A stretch of 61,336 nucleotides of DNA, the filler included, from Catajapyx aquilonaris (Eukaryota): assembly GCA_000934665.2 (NCBI GenBank). It is 3 parts of 3 records of this genome, joined end to end, with 100 filler letters (N's around TTAATTAATTAA, not from the genome) between each part and the next. Parts side by side here need not be neighbours in the genome. Positions count along the whole stretch, not along the records: positions 1 to 20,379 come from JYFJ02006272.1; positions 20,480 to 40,855 come from JYFJ02006273.1; 1 more part is not named here. One strand, given 5' to 3'. A program made the position numbers and the translations under genes. Shown here piece after piece: positions 13,020-24,706 of this stretch (its first letter is position 1; every line of letters starts with the position of its first letter). Under the pieces are notes generated by a model. That model did not search any database and had not been told where the DNA came from. It saw nothing but the letters and a program-made list of their open reading frames with translations.

Positions 13020-13280
13020 AGGGTTGTAAGGGGGAGGTCTTACCAACACTATACAGGACTGAGGACCTTGCATGGGCTGTGCCAGATGAGAAATGCAAAA
13101 TTATTTACATCAGGGCAGCAAAAAATTAGCAGAAAAGGACCAGGTCCCATGCAGCACCATTTCGGACATGGCCGAAACAAACATGCAAAGAAACACGGAG
13201 GGCAACCTGTATTAACTTTTGAGGAGAAAAAGAAACTGAGTAAAGGGCTACACCACTATGTTGAATGGGCATCAAGAAAC
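13020..13280 (+). pseudogene. pogo/Tigger-like transposase N-terminal HTH fragment
   Basis: Frameshifted RSYQHYT/EDLAWAV..IRAA..QVPCSTISD/KHGGQPVLTFEEKKKL resembles HTH_psq plus CENP-B HTH. Confidence 0.5.
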
Positions 13281-13353
13281 GGTTCCAGGTCAAATTTATG
13301 CGCAAAAACGCAAACACAGCTAAATATGTTTCTTTCACCAACTTTCATCATCA

Positions 13354-13451
13354 ACATCTGGACACCTAGGACACCTAGGACACACCTAGGACACATCTGG
13401 ACACCTAGGACACATCTGGACACCTAGGACACCTAGGACACCTAGGTGTCC
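13354..13451. repeat. Minisatellite of GGACACCTA/GGACACATCT units ending in an inverted copy
   Basis: Directly visible tandem units; terminal palindrome ggacacctaggtgtcc. Confidence 0.85.
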
Positions 13452-14554
13452 AAATGCTTATGATGAATGCCTTGTGGTGCGAGCCCCAGGTTGTTCGCAA
13501 ATAAGAGACCTTTGCATATAGGGTATTATATTTTTAGTGACATCAATGATGATGATGATTATTATTTATTAGCCCTTTTCTTAGGTACTGTACATACCTA
13601 TTTTGGGGGGGAGTTGCCCCTAGTCGGGTTACAATTTTTAGTGACACATTATGAGGACACCAGCATGATCTAGACAACTTGCATATTACATACTGACACA
13701 TTTGGTCTTATTATTGTACTATATAGCATTTTTGTTTTTTTTCAATTTACAATCTTGTTAGTAGAAATGAAAGAGGGGAGAAAGACGGAAATAATTGTAA
13801 TTTTGAAACATATAATAAAGCTATCGCCCTTTGGAGTGGACCAGCCCATTGATCAACAGATCTGGTATTTTGATTTCATCTCAATGTCGCAAAAGATCAA
13901 TGATTGATGTGGAATGAACATACCAATACAAGTGTTCATGTCTGTTGTATAAAATGGAGCCCTTGTGCGATACAGCAGGTACCGGTACCGTGCCAATTCC
14001 ATTTATTTGGAGGTGTCCTTTGTGAGGTTAAAAAAACTTTAATACATGTCTGAGGCTGCACCATTAATGTGTGAACTCATCCTACAGCGTGAAATAAAGG
14101 GCCGTCCAAAGACACCCCACATAATGGGTGACTCCAGCAGACAGCAAAGATGATTAATTTTTGTATCAAAAAACAACTTTTATGTGAATGACTGCTATTG
14201 TGGTCTTCAATAAAGGACATTCCCTACTGTTTAAGTTATAATTTATTCAGAATTCTCCATCAATATATGTCTTCATGGGACAGCTGAAAAAATTGCCAAA
14301 AAGTGCCATTCTGTGGTACAGTACGAGGCTATAATTATTATGTGTACTGTACTAGGTTCCAACATGGGCTGGAAGGTGGGGGGGTTCTCTTGTTGTGCAA
14401 ACATTCGGTAGGCTCACTTCGACAGCTGGCTGCAAAGCCATCTTGTGTAATTGACGACGTGCTGGCCACATGCACAGTACACACTACACACACATATCCA
14501 GGAGTGATATACTAACTGTTTTCACTCGTCTTCCAGTGCCCGGATAGAAGCCAA

Positions 14555-14974
14555 ATGGCCCTAGTCAGAAAGAGCGAGGAGGAGGTGATGAAGATAAAGG
14601 CATGTTCGGGGGAAGAGAAGCACGGTCCCAAGCCCCTTGCCTCTGGAGATTACGAATTAATAACCTGGGACGTTGACACCACGGGGCGGTGTCTTAGTGA
14701 CGACATGTACCACCTTGGGGCGTACGCATCCAATAGGGGGACCTTCGCTGAGTTTGTCATTCCCTCCCGATATCCCACCCACCTGAGGGTCTCTGACCCT
14801 GACAGGTATCATATGCTGAGGAGCATGATAAGAGGGCAGTTCCGTGGGGTTAATAACATGTTGGCCACCTTGATTGACTTCCTCCAATGGCTAGAGGAGG
14901 TCAAGGGTGGAAAGGAGGGAGTGGTCCTCATCGTCTACGAGCCCAGGCCCTTTGTCTCTTTCATGCTCCTACAG
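14555..14974 (+). CDS. exu: Exuperantia-like protein, coding exon 1 (exonuclease-like domain)
   Basis: GDYELITWDVDTTGR..YHLGAY..FVIP..YHMLRSM..LIDFLQWLE..GVVLIVYE..FVSFMLL resembles Exu; acceptor ttccag ends 14536; phase-0 donor GTAAGG at 14975. Confidence 0.85.
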
Positions 14975-15048
14975 GTAAGGCTTTAATCTAGCCATCATAT
15001 TGGTGGGACATGGAATACTGACCCTAACCTTTTTTGTCAACTCTGCAG

Positions 15049-15723
15049 GCTTTGGAGGCATTCCAGCTCATGGCAGCATTCTGTAAGACAGTAAAAGGCT
15101 TTGTCAATGGATACGAGGTGGCTGAGAAGCGATGCGCCCGGACCATCAAGTCTTACTCGCTTCACAGCCTGTCCAAGATATTTCTGGGCCTGGAGGCTAG
15201 GGACAATGATTATGAAAGCACCAGCAGTACTGGAGAGCCGATAGTGGTGGCCCCCATCACTGAGGTCCCCACGGAGAATGGGGAGCAGCTGGACACAGGA
15301 GGTGATGGAGGAAAGAACATACCACTCTTGATGATACCCATGAAGCAGGACATGGCTGCTTGGGACAGTGGGTACCTGGACAGTGGCCACCTGGACAGCG
15401 CCTCATCCCGTGCAAAGATCGTCTACCATGTACTGGAGAAGATCATAGAAGAGGAGGGCGGCCAGCTCACCTTCTCCCACTTGAGGGATGCCAGCCACGA
15501 CGTGGACTGGGAGATGAGCTGCCTGAGTCGGCATAAGGATATGCTATTCAGCAAGCAGTCCTCACTCCGCCCACTCTTCGAGGCCCAGCTGCGACAGGGC
15601 AGGAGGAAAAGGCAGAGAGCCACCAACCTAATGAGGACTGTAGCTGAGGCAGGGGTCGACTACAACGCATTAACAACTGAGTACCAGAGTGGGAATTGTA
15701 TGAAGAAATTTCTCTCTGAGAAG
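15049..15723 (+). CDS. exu: Exuperantia-like protein, coding exon 2 (3' end uncertain)
   Basis: 74-nt intron 14975-15048 with branch point ccctaac; peptide ALEAFQL..VKGFVNG..IKSYSLHSLSKIF..LDSASSRAKIVY..SLRPLF..LMRTVAEAGVDY; ends at donor GTCAGT 15724 or reads through to the stop at 15753. Confidence 0.8.
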
Positions 15724-15843
15724 GTCAGTTGTTGGTGTGAATTAAGAATTTGATCAACTTGGTACACAATAAGAATTCTGCAAATGGGTGAAGGACTTTT
15801 GGAAGGTACTTTTCATATGCATATTTTTCCAAGGAGTAATATG

Positions 15844-16101
15844 TCGCACCCCGGCAATAACAGGGGCACAAGTCCAAAAAGTCAATTTCACAGGAGAGCA
15901 CTTTGAAAGTTGTATAGTGTTGGTATAGTGTTATCATAAATCAGGTATTGATGCAGCATTCGAATAATCAGAATTACTAATTATTAATTTTTTTAAATCA
16001 GAATATGCATTCTGAATGTGCACATGGTCATGGACCCTGCTCTAGTAATAAGTCAAAATCGTCATTGTTGGACTTGTGCCCCTGTTATTGCCGGGATGCG
16101 A
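15844..16101. mobile_element. MITE with ~33-bp TIR
   Basis: tcgcaccccggcaataacaggggcacaagtccaa vs ttggacttgtgcccctgttattgccgggatgcga. Confidence 0.8.
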
Positions 16102-16201
16102 TTGTCATTGCTTTTTTTAAAATCACATTTTAATGCTGCAGGATATTATCAGGTTGTCAGAGTAACAGGCAAACTGTCATTTAGGGTATCTTGCACCACT
16201 G

Positions 16202-17738
16202 CACAGTAGGCCAGGGCGCGAGGTTACTTGTCCAAAACTCCCCTTGCCGTTCCTATTGCGATACAAGCACGAAAATTTCACAACATGGCCATGTTGACCG
16301 TGTAAATATTGGGAGCCTATAAATTTCAGTATAGAAACAAAATGGAGACGGTAAAAGTGCTTAAGTGTAGAGAGCCCAGGCGCAGATTTCAAGTCAAAAA
16401 AATTCGCTCGTTCATTGCTTAGTGTACAATTCCCAGCCTTACAAATATGTACTCTACTTGATATGACATAAACTAAACCCATTCAAAATGGCGTCGATCG
16501 GAAGTACATAAGTATAGAATACACGGGAGTAGGACTGTAGGAGAGACTTATAAGGTAGTGAAAACCAACTCATTAGGTAGGCCTATAATAACTAATACCA
16601 AATTATACTCTTGGGTCACCTACTCTATATTTAAAATGGCGCGTAATAAAAAATTGCAATATGGTGGTCATCTACGGTGCGTCAGTGTCACTATAATCAA
16701 TAAGTCAGGCTTAAATATGGGCAACTGAATAACTTTCTCTGCGCAGTAGGTTAACACACTTGAAGCATTCCAGTTCCACATTGAATCGCTAAGTTTTGCA
16801 CATAATAATGCATTGTTGAGAATACAATTATGCAATGTTTCTGGCTTAGCTGTATGTAGCGTCATACTTCCACAGAATTCACCGTGTGAATACGCCTTTT
16901 TTCATAACCATAAGTAAATACTATGTAGACCTACTCCTCTCTCACACCAGGTAACCAGAGCACTCAGCAGTATTTTCACAGAAATATCGATATCAGCTGG
17001 TTTTGAGGGTCCTAAAGTCATTTCAGATCCGCATTCGTATTGGGACACCCTGTATAACTGCATGCACGCACATTTTGCGAACACTAACCTGTGGCTGTTG
17101 TCTGAGGAAGATTTTCAACCAACGTCTAGCCTCTTACTGCACTCACACACAACCTACCAAAGTCCAGAGCCCGGGAGGCCTCCCCAGCCCACTGACGCAT
17201 TTCGCACGGTCTTGTTAATGGTGCGATATCTCAAAAAGGGGCAATTTTGGGCAAAGGAAAACAGTTGTACCCACTTCCCCAAGGTTTTCTCACCCTTGTG
17301 ACACAAAAATTCCTGGGAACTTCTGGGGACTTTTTAAAATAAAGTTTACACTATGAAAGAGAGGGTCATTAATCTGCACCGCCATATTACCTGATATTTT
17401 TCTTAATCAAGATCTCCAACGTTGAAGTCATATTCAATTTACCATTACTTAAAAGGAACCAATACGCCGTATTGAGCCAATATTTTTTGCTGTGATCAAT
17501 AATTCTCTCCACAATAACATCTCAAACATGAAGAATTTCATTAGCAATTTCAGACACTCTGAAAATCTTTCCAGAGTTTTAATTTTTTCTGGCGCCCATG
17601 CATATTAGGCTACTTACAGAACTGAAGGGAAAGGTCCTCAGGTTTTGTAGATTTGAAAGGCATATATTTCTATCCGATTTTTAAAAGTCGCATTTTTTGA
17701 CATTATGGCAAAGTAACCCGTCCGCCTGGCCTACTGTG
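16202..17738. mobile_element. Non-autonomous Transib-like element
   Basis: Imperfect ~36-bp TIR starting CACAGTAGGCCAGG; 5-bp TSD CACTG at 16197-16201 and 17739-17743. Confidence 0.8.
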
Positions 17739-17790
17739 CACTGCCAGGAGACATTCTCCAGATTGGTGTATGAAAGGAATGGGTAAGGAA

Positions 17791-18486
17791 TAGTGCTTCA
17801 ACATCTATCCGGATTCCCGGACTGTCCGGTATCCGGATATCCGAGCCTGTTTCGGATCCTCTTCACAGATCCGCACTATCTGGATAGTGTCGGACGGTCC
17901 GGATAGTCCGGGTTTCGGATCCGGTCCAAGACACTTTGTACCCATCGGGATCCGAGGATCCGGATCGAACGTTTGTTGTGAGAAATGAGCATATTTTATT
18001 CGCATAATTAAAAACGCATTTATTGGAGGCAGGTAAAAACCTCCAGTCAAATGGTCCATCCCAAAGGCCTAGTGTCCATGTCAAAACATGAGGTTAATTC
18101 CTTTATTTCTATGAAATAAGTCAAATAAATTCGATTACGTCTAGGTAACACTGCACTTTCTTTCACCGGTACTATGGAAGCTATAACAGTCTTCATTTCA
18201 TAATGTATGTTGTGAATGTAATTGAAATTATTGACATTTCTCGAACTAAAGAAGAGATTTTTCATGTATGAACTCTTTTTATTACCCTACAACCACGATG
18301 CGGAACCCGCCAAGATCCGGATAGTTACAAAGTTTCGGATCTGAAACCCACACTACCCGGACCGGATCTGAAACACGGACTATCCGGACCGTCCGACACT
18401 ATCCGGATAGTGCGGATCTGGGAAGAGGGTTCAGATTCAGGTTCGGATATCCGGATACCGGACAGTCCGGATATGTAGAAGCACTA
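17791..18486. mobile_element. hAT-type MITE with CCGGAT-rich subterminal arrays
   Basis: TIR tagtgcttc/gaagcacta; 8-bp TSD GTAAGGAA (17783-17790, 18487-18494). Confidence 0.9.
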
Positions 18487-18947
18487 GTAAGGAAGGTTAA
18501 AAGGTTGAATTTTCACTTACACTCACTGACCAGTCTGGGGAAAGTTTTCTGGCAGATGTGCAACCAATCAGTTGAATAGGATACCCGAAGACAAAGGTTG
18601 CTGTCTTGTGGACAGGAGAGTCAATGAACCCTTCCAATAACTTAATAGGTATTGATAAATTTTCACATAGGAAACACCTGTACTGCACATATAATAGTAG
18701 TAATTATCCCACTGTAAACATTTCATTCCTTGGCACTTTTCAATTATTTTGGCATGTCTCTACTCACATTCTTCATTTTTCAGTAGGTATAGGTCTGGAT
18801 AAAATTTTCTCGCTTTGAAATGTATGTAAGGAAGTGTAATTCTAGAATGAGGTGCACATGATGTGTAGCAATCCCAACTCACCCAGGTTTAGATTTAAGG
18901 TGTGTTCACACCAAAGATTATTGGTAAGGGAAATTTGGTTGAAAATA

Positions 18948-19539
18948 CTGGGTCAAAAAGGTCATATGTTTGTAGTAAAACAATTAAGAAAATTTAATAC
19001 AACTCTGCTCAACTGCAACTGCTGACTCTATACATGTTTTCTTGTAGTATCACTTGCTGAAACTACAAGAAAACATGTATAGAGTCAGGAAAACATTAAT
19101 GAATATCGATTTTCCAACTTGTGTCAACTTGGGCACATTCCAGTCGATGCAAACTTGAAGTCTTTCAGCCTTCTTGCATGCTTTTCTGCTGATCACCGCA
19201 GGCGTTGAATTATTAAACCCCTCAATAATACCTTGGCAAAGATGAGTCAATGTCACCTTTTGAATGATTTGGCATGGTTGCACTCTTAATTTTTTTAAAT
19301 GTTCCCAAGGAAAAAGTCAGCTGGCATAAGGTCAGGGGAGCATACAGGCCATTAGTCAAAGTAAGCCTTCAAGCCTGCATTGACTTGAATGGTGCCCAAA
19401 TTGACCCAAGTAGGAAAATCGATGTATGCATTTTGTTTTCCTGACTCTACACATGTTTTCTTGTATTTTCACTTGCTTGTATGAATTTCCTTAATTGTTT
19501 TACTGCTCATCAAACATGTGCCCCTTTATTGCCACCCTG
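18948..19539 (-). mobile_element. Internally deleted Tc1/mariner-superfamily element with a transposase C-terminal relic
   Basis: Minus-strand PVCSPDLMPADFFL and ..ERLQVCID; degenerate inverted ends flanked by TA; internal hairpin 19022-19088. Confidence 0.6.
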
Positions 19540-19914
19540 TAGTCCTACTCATCAATATTAGCGGTCTGGACGCTCCTGTTAACAAAGTTGCAAAATGGTG
19601 CATGTGACCATTTTCTATTAATCACCTTGCCAGAGTGTCTCAAGTGATGCTAACCAAAACACATCAGATGTGTGATGAAAGACAGTTATTATTGCAAGTA
19701 GTTATTTCTTAAAATGTTTTACAACTATTAGTGGAATGGGCTCAGGCACCTTATCATTGCTAGGTTAATGGGTAATAATCATCTGTCTCTCCCTCTTCCA
19801 CTTCAGTGAACTTCTGAACTCAACTCTGTGATCTGCTCTTCTTACCCGGGTGGTTCCATTTCAGATCGGCCAGTGAGTGAAAAAAGGTGTCAGGTCATAG
19901 TCATCGATTTAAAA

Positions 19915-19948
<34 letters not shown>

Positions 19949-19949
<1 letters not shown>

Positions 19950-20358
19950 TTTTTTAAAATTACACCCTTGAAGCCTTCAGGCTTATATAGGGGGGAGGTT
20001 TTTCGACCATTTTCAATCTCTCCGGTGCTAGGATGGAGGGGGGGACAGTGGTGCAAGTGCAATGTCTCATGGCAGAGGCCGTGTGCAGTCCCCCAGAGGG
20101 CTTAGGTTGAAAGACGACCCTCTAGGTGCGGGTAAGAGACCTCCCACAAACACCGCACCTCCTCCAGTGTGGGACATGGATAGGAAAGGTAGGAAGCGGC
20201 TGTGGCCTACGATTAGGAAACAACTTCGGTATTCACCTGGGGGTGACCGTGGGAAACCACAGAAAACCACGGTCAGAGTTGCCGGCCTGGGGATTTGATC
20301 CCTGGACCTCCCGATTTGCAGCCGGATACCAAATCCCCTCCGCTACCACTGCTTCGGT
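19949..20358 (-). mobile_element. tRNA-derived SINE in a (TA)n tract
   Basis: Head accgaagcagtggtagcgg... shared with the SINE at 30581-30873; aaaatatatat on both flanks. Confidence 0.75.
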
Positions 20359-20379
20359 AAAATATATATATATATATAT

Positions 20380-20479
20380 NNNNNNNNNNNNNNNNNNNNN
20401 NNNNNNNNNNNNNNNNNNNNNNNTTAATTAATTAANNNNNNNNNNNNNNNNNNNNNNNNNNNNNNNNNNNNNNNNNNNN
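20380..20479. other. Artificial 100-bp linker (N44-TTAATTAATTAA-N44)
   Basis: Six-frame stop 12-mer centred in Ns; identical linker at 40856-40955. Confidence 0.95.
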
Positions 20480-20759
20480 GGACCAAGACCGGAGGCAGCG
20501 CCGGTCATCCCTCCATGCAACGCAAAAAACCGCATGTCCGTACCTCCCGTAGGAGCGAGGATATGTCGAACGAAGACGATGAATCCGCACCCGTTTTTCT
20601 CCTCGCTTTGCCTGAAAAGTGGCGCGAACGCCAGGTACCCGGCCATCTTAATGACAACATTCGTCCCTCTAAAAATTGGCTTCATTTACCACTGCTACAC
20701 ATTAAAATTAAAATTTCTGCACATTTCATCTAACTCCCATGGCCATTTTATACATTTAA

Positions 20760-20895
20760 CCCTGTAATGCCCCTTGGGTCATATCTGGCACACCATTTAG
20801 TGCAATTTGGCACTTACAGGAAATATAAAAATTGCAAAAATTGCAAAAATTGCACTAAATGGTGTGCCAGATATGACCCAGTGGGCATTACAGGG
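20760..20895. mobile_element. piggyBac-type mini-MITE (136 bp)
   Basis: TTAA|CCCTGTAATGCCC...GGGCATTACAGGG|TTAA with ~50-bp inverted arms. Confidence 0.9.
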
Positions 20896-23800
20896 TTAAA
20901 AGGTGCAACTTTTTCCATTTTTGACCCATTTGACTGTCACTTCATTATCACTCTTTTGCAATTCAATCTTTCACTTTCTAATTCGCATTACTATGCACCT
21001 TTTCCACTTAAAATCAAAAATTATGATTGCATAAAAGCCAATTCAGGTAAATCCCCAATTACCTGTAGAGGTATTCAAAATATACTGTATAATCCTAGAT
21101 TTTCTGCTTATTTTGAGTTGATACAACTGCCCCTTACGGCTTACGAATCAGAGCAAATCAGAAGTCCTAAAGTCCTACATTCTCTCTCTCTTCTTTGCTG
21201 GTTTTTTAATACTTCAATTCAGAACTCGGATAGATTATTGTTTTTGGACAAATATTAGAAGTTAACACTTCTTAATAACTATATAAAGTAACTTGTCATA
21301 AATAACAAACTTCACATAAGCAGCTTGGTAACAGACGCTTGCTAAACCATATGAAAATTTGAGTTGGAATGCAATGTAGAACATTGTGGCAGAGAAGCTA
21401 TACACTTATACAGTTATCAACACTAATTAAATCCATCACAGCATGTATGACATAATATGATAAGAGTGACTTTCTGATGGGGTCACTGAAATTATGCAGA
21501 TAACCATAGTCAGCCAAGTGGAATGAGTGTAACATTCAGCTTGGCAGAGTACTACAAAGGATAAACCAGCCTTTCTCGGAAATACTGTTAGGCTATACAA
21601 CACAATGTTAGCGATTCGTAAAATATTTATTAATATGCGTAAAATATCTCGTGCTACTATGAGAAAAGGGAAAAGATGCAATAGGCCTATGGGTCTCGAT
21701 CTTATCCAGATCCTTATCCTTATACACGTACAGCACAATAATATAATTTCTTATTATATAATATAGATAATCTCAATATAATTTTCTGAATTTCAGAATA
21801 TCGCATGTTTTCCTATACTACTTGTAGTTTTCCGCCTGACCGATTTTTGACTCAATAATGGCCAAAATGAGGTTTTTTTCAAATTCTGTCTGTTAATTCT
21901 CCGAGTCTATTAGTTGTGCAATGTTAAATAAACTATGAGATGCAAACTACATCCACACATCTCCAAAAAGGTATAATAGCTGCAAATCAACGCAATATTA
22001 TGTAAGTAAAAAATGTCGAAACATGGCTAATTTGTACAAAATTGCCCATATTGTGGACGCTGTTATCATACTACATATGCAACATACAGTATATTGTACA
22101 AATCATTACACTATCTAAATCTAAGTTACATGATTTTAAAATAATGTTCAATGGAAAAATTTGCTGCAAAGGCTATTTTTTGAGCTATTCGACTCTGAAG
22201 AGGTGGGTCCACCATTCTGGCAAATATATTTTGAAAATACTTTATTCTCGAGCATACCTCGTGATGATTTGATTGGAATGACCCTTTTGTGAGAGTGAGA
22301 CAGTTATCATAGTTGCACGTGCAAAATAATAGTTGCGACCATGGTTGCGACTTATTGAGAGATTGCTTCGGGAAGGTATCACTTATCGATGGTCAGGTTG
22401 ACATTAGAAGGATGGTATATCTAGTCGAAGTTTCAAGGGGGACCTCCCTGCCCGCCCCTTTGACCGCCATATATAGTGTAATGCACATTTCGGCAGAGTA
22501 ATAGCTTGAAACTAAAGCGGTCTATCAAAAAATATGTAGACGCTTTGTGCTTCGAAAACACCCTTGCTTAGTCCGTAAATTCTGTTAGAAGCAAGAAACA
22601 TAGTTAATGTCCGATATATAAGTTGATTAAGCAATTAGTTGGCTCAAAACATGCCAGCTTATCACTCTCTCCTGAAAATGAAGATAATTCCGGCTTTCAT
22701 ATCGTACTTAGAAAATGGGTCTTGATTTTCTATACGAATAATTATTTCATAAAATGTCTGCATAACCTGACTGAACTGCCATGACATGTAGCAACATTCC
22801 ATTTTTGACACATATCATGCTCCAGTTCTGAAAGATCATCATAATAAATAATAAATTGTGAAATGTTTTATCAGGATAACATTATCCTCCTTTTTTATAA
22901 TAATAGGCTATACATTATTGGCGCATTTAGGCAAGGGTTATTTGTGATTACCCCATAGGTCCAGGAATCTTTATATTCGCAACAATTAGCAACACATTTT
23001 CACTATTCGTAACCTAGGTTGAATAAAAACTGCCAATCAATAGTTTGAGATGCAGCTTCTGTTATTAGCTACAGGGGTGGAATTTTTTATTTTTTTGTCC
23101 AGATGCAAAGTTTGCACTCCAGACTTTAATCTGGAGTGCAAATCGCTTACTACGAGTGCTTAATTTCTAATTACTGGGTATAGCGATGTTTAAAAGCAGA
23201 GCCTATTGGAGTTCATACTTTGCACTCCAAGGCTCAGTTTGGAGCGCAGATGACAATTTTGGAGTGCAAATTGCACCTTTGCATCCGAATATTTCGACCC
23301 CTACAGCTATTAAGCTGGTAGTTTGAGCTGAGTCATATTCGCGCAGAAATTTGAGATCGTGGGATTCAAGATTCCAGGTTCGTCTCATAGTTGATCAGGA
23401 TATCACAGAATGTATGAAACGTGATGCTTTAGAAATCTGAGCTTGTACACATGTGGGGGGGAAATGGGTTATTACATGGTTGGCATGACGGCGGGGAACA
23501 CCTCATACCAGTAAAATATTCTAGATTGAATGACAAAATAAGGGAAATTATAAAGCTGCTATACAGTTAAGCCCTTCTGAAGTGTGCCATAGAAACGAGC
23601 TCGTTAAGCAATTTTTTGTTTGGCTTTGTAAGAAACTAAGAAAGTATAGTCTACTATTTTTGTCGGATGTAACAGAAATTTTGCTGAAAAGAGCTACTCC
23701 TCTATACAGAGAAGTTTTACAGTAATGGGAGGTCATAGAACTTTTTGCACGTGTGTCAATAGCCTGTTATGCGACAATATACATAGACAAGAAACGATTT

Positions 23801-24184
23801 GAGGCTACTACATTAATTTTTACAACCTCGATGAAGTTGGTATAATGCAAGTGAATGACATCAACATACAGTGCAAGTACTATATATGCTGCAGGCGTAC
23901 AATAATCTGAAGTTGAATAAACTTCGCCCGCGATTGTGAACCTATCTTGACGCGCAGACCATTGAAAAGATGCCATTACGTGGCTGATACATGTCATGGA
24001 GCGAACGATGAACTATCGCAGAATGCAGTAAGGAGCAACGTCATTTTTTTGCCAGGACTGCAGGGATTTTGCACATTCTCTTGCCGGTCCTTGCCTTTCG
24101 CACAAAGAACGGTGCACCAAAAGCCCATTCAGTGCCATGCACCGGTTACGCAATCGTGTAAATACAAGCAGCTCCTATCCTGCT

Positions 24185-24546
24185 CTACGTGTGTGTGTGT
24201 GTGTGTAGTTGTGTGCACCCACCCTCCCTCACACAATTCGAACCGCCGCCCGAAGGCCAAGGCTCCTCATGACGTCACTCCGCCCCCTACCCCTGATTGG
24301 TCCTTTGCGTTACATCGTTAGGGGGAAGGCGGGGTGGGGTGGGGGTAGGGGGTAGGGGGTAGGGGGTAGGGGGAGCAGAGGGGAGAGGGACGGATGGGAA
24401 GGCACCCCTCTTACGTGGCCCCCTCAACTCGCCCACTTGGCTCCCGTCGCGCCGCCGGTCAACATCTCTTCCTATTCAACAGCAGGCACCTGCAGTTGCA
24501 CTAAATTCTTACTTTGTGAGCCGTCTGTCCAGAAAAGCCCGCAACC
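24185..24546 (+). promoter_or_regulatory. ANT promoter/5' region
   Basis: (TG)n; CRE TGACGTCA 24270-24277; GC box 24280-24286; inverted CCAAT 24295-24300; G-run array 24321-24373; pyrimidine TCTCTTCC 24465-24472. Confidence 0.6.
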
Positions 24547-24706
24547 ATGTCTCTGGCCGATCCAGTTTCTTTCATGAAGGATTTCATCGCTGGTGGTGTC
24601 TCAGCAGCTATTTCCAAGACTGCTGTGGCTCCCATCGAGCGCGTCAAGCTGCTGCTGCAGGTGCAACATGCTTCCAAGCAGATTACGGCCGACATGCAGT
24701 ATAAAG
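24547..24706 (+). CDS. sesB: ADP/ATP translocase, coding exon 1
   Basis: [53 protein letters not shown](G); phase-1 donor at 24707; missing from the ORF track because it is short. Confidence 0.95.

Noticed and set aside
13354..13451. CRISPR-like array
   Set aside because: 9-12-bp tandem units with no unique spacers; eukaryotic context
23072..23303. hAT-like MITE with GGAGTGCAAA repeats
   Set aside because: TIR and TSD too degenerate to define
24501..24704. ORF-track peptides 24501-24695(-) and 24516-24704(+)
   Set aside because: Antisense and off-frame shadows of ANT exon 1
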